Source: Squalus acanthias (lineage: Eukaryota). Taken from it: DNA of 64,000 nucleotides. Made by a program: the position numbers and the translations under genes. Within the stretch, counting starts at the first letter, position 1, and each line of letters begins with the position of its first letter. Positions 63,254 through 64,000 of this stretch are shown here, one piece after another. The notes below the pieces were generated by a model. That model worked only from the letters and a program-made list of their open reading frames with translations, searched no databases and was not told the DNA's origin. The stretch is from contig CM059433.1 in assembly GCA_030390025.1 (NCBI GenBank), positions 10,418,001 through 10,482,000 on the forward strand. The letters run 5' to 3'.

Positions 63254-64000
63254 GAATTCAGGCCCTGGTTTCCCTGAGGAGAATACACCCAAAAAAATTG
63301 CCTGTTGCTCATTAACTCTCTCCATCAGAGCAGCAGGGTGTCGCTCCGATTTTCTGCTGGTAACTCGGGCAGGCAACTCAGCTGTGCCCGTACAGGTGCA
63401 GGACTGCCCATCCCGAATATTAAAACCAACCTGTTCTGGGATTTTGGTGCCTCGTTTAGCTGACTGTCCTGTCAACAACCAGAAGTTCTGCTTTGCCACT
63501 CTTTAGCAGTTTCAGGTCCTTAAGATGAAAAAGCTCCACCCGACGAATCTTTTTCCCCCCCGTCACTTCCCAGTTTTTAACGTGATATTTGAACCCATAA
63601 TTGTTATGAACAAATTATCTGGATTGATTTTCTATATTATCTAAATACTCATGAAAACTTCAATCAGATCACCGCGAGGTGCCCCCCTTCGCGCTGAGAG
63701 CAAACCCAGCTTCTATAACCTTTCCTCATAACTTAAATTCCTGATCTGTGGAATCATCTTTGTTGCTGCACTCTCCATCCTCCAAAAAGGCAACAATATC
63801 TTTCCTATGATAAAGGCGACTTGAAATGCTACTTCCAAATTTAGTGAACTTTCGGACCCACCTTCTTTATGATTGATGGTTGGAAGTCATTTGGGCCGGG
63901 ATTCTGGGTCTACCTCAACCTCTTTAGAACCATGTCCCTCATTATTTGCATGCTGTCCTGCTCTTCCTGTTCTGATCCTGAAAATCTGGTATGTGACTTC

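Overview
Eukaryotic, repeat-dominated vertebrate DNA. The SINE/LINE repertoire (HE1-like V-SINE, DeuSINE/SacSINE1-like SINEs, CR1, L2, Penelope) points to a cartilaginous fish. No host protein-coding gene was confidently recognised. Bases 1-10760 are a 32-bp tandem satellite with modular higher-order structure; all its ORFs are artefacts. The rest is a mosaic of nested CR1, L2, Penelope and RTE fragments, SINEs, and PIF/Harbinger-type elements (Myb/SANT gene remnants and hairpin-rich MITEs). The standout is an intact, very young, compact Ty3/Gypsy LTR retrotransposon (45569-50009, minus strand; 194-bp LTRs differing at 1 base; CTTAC TSD; single 1318-aa gag-pol ORF). It has no tRNA primer-binding site. 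Instead, the 11-mer at the PBS position is perfectly complementary to an 11-mer in its own LTR that overlaps the ATTAAA poly(A) signal, a self-priming architecture. Its RT has YLDN instead of YXDD. Two solo LTRs of a sister family keep the same 11-mer, and all three LTR insertions lie inside Harbinger-type elements shortly downstream of a splice donor. Family names come from motif recognition, not database searches.
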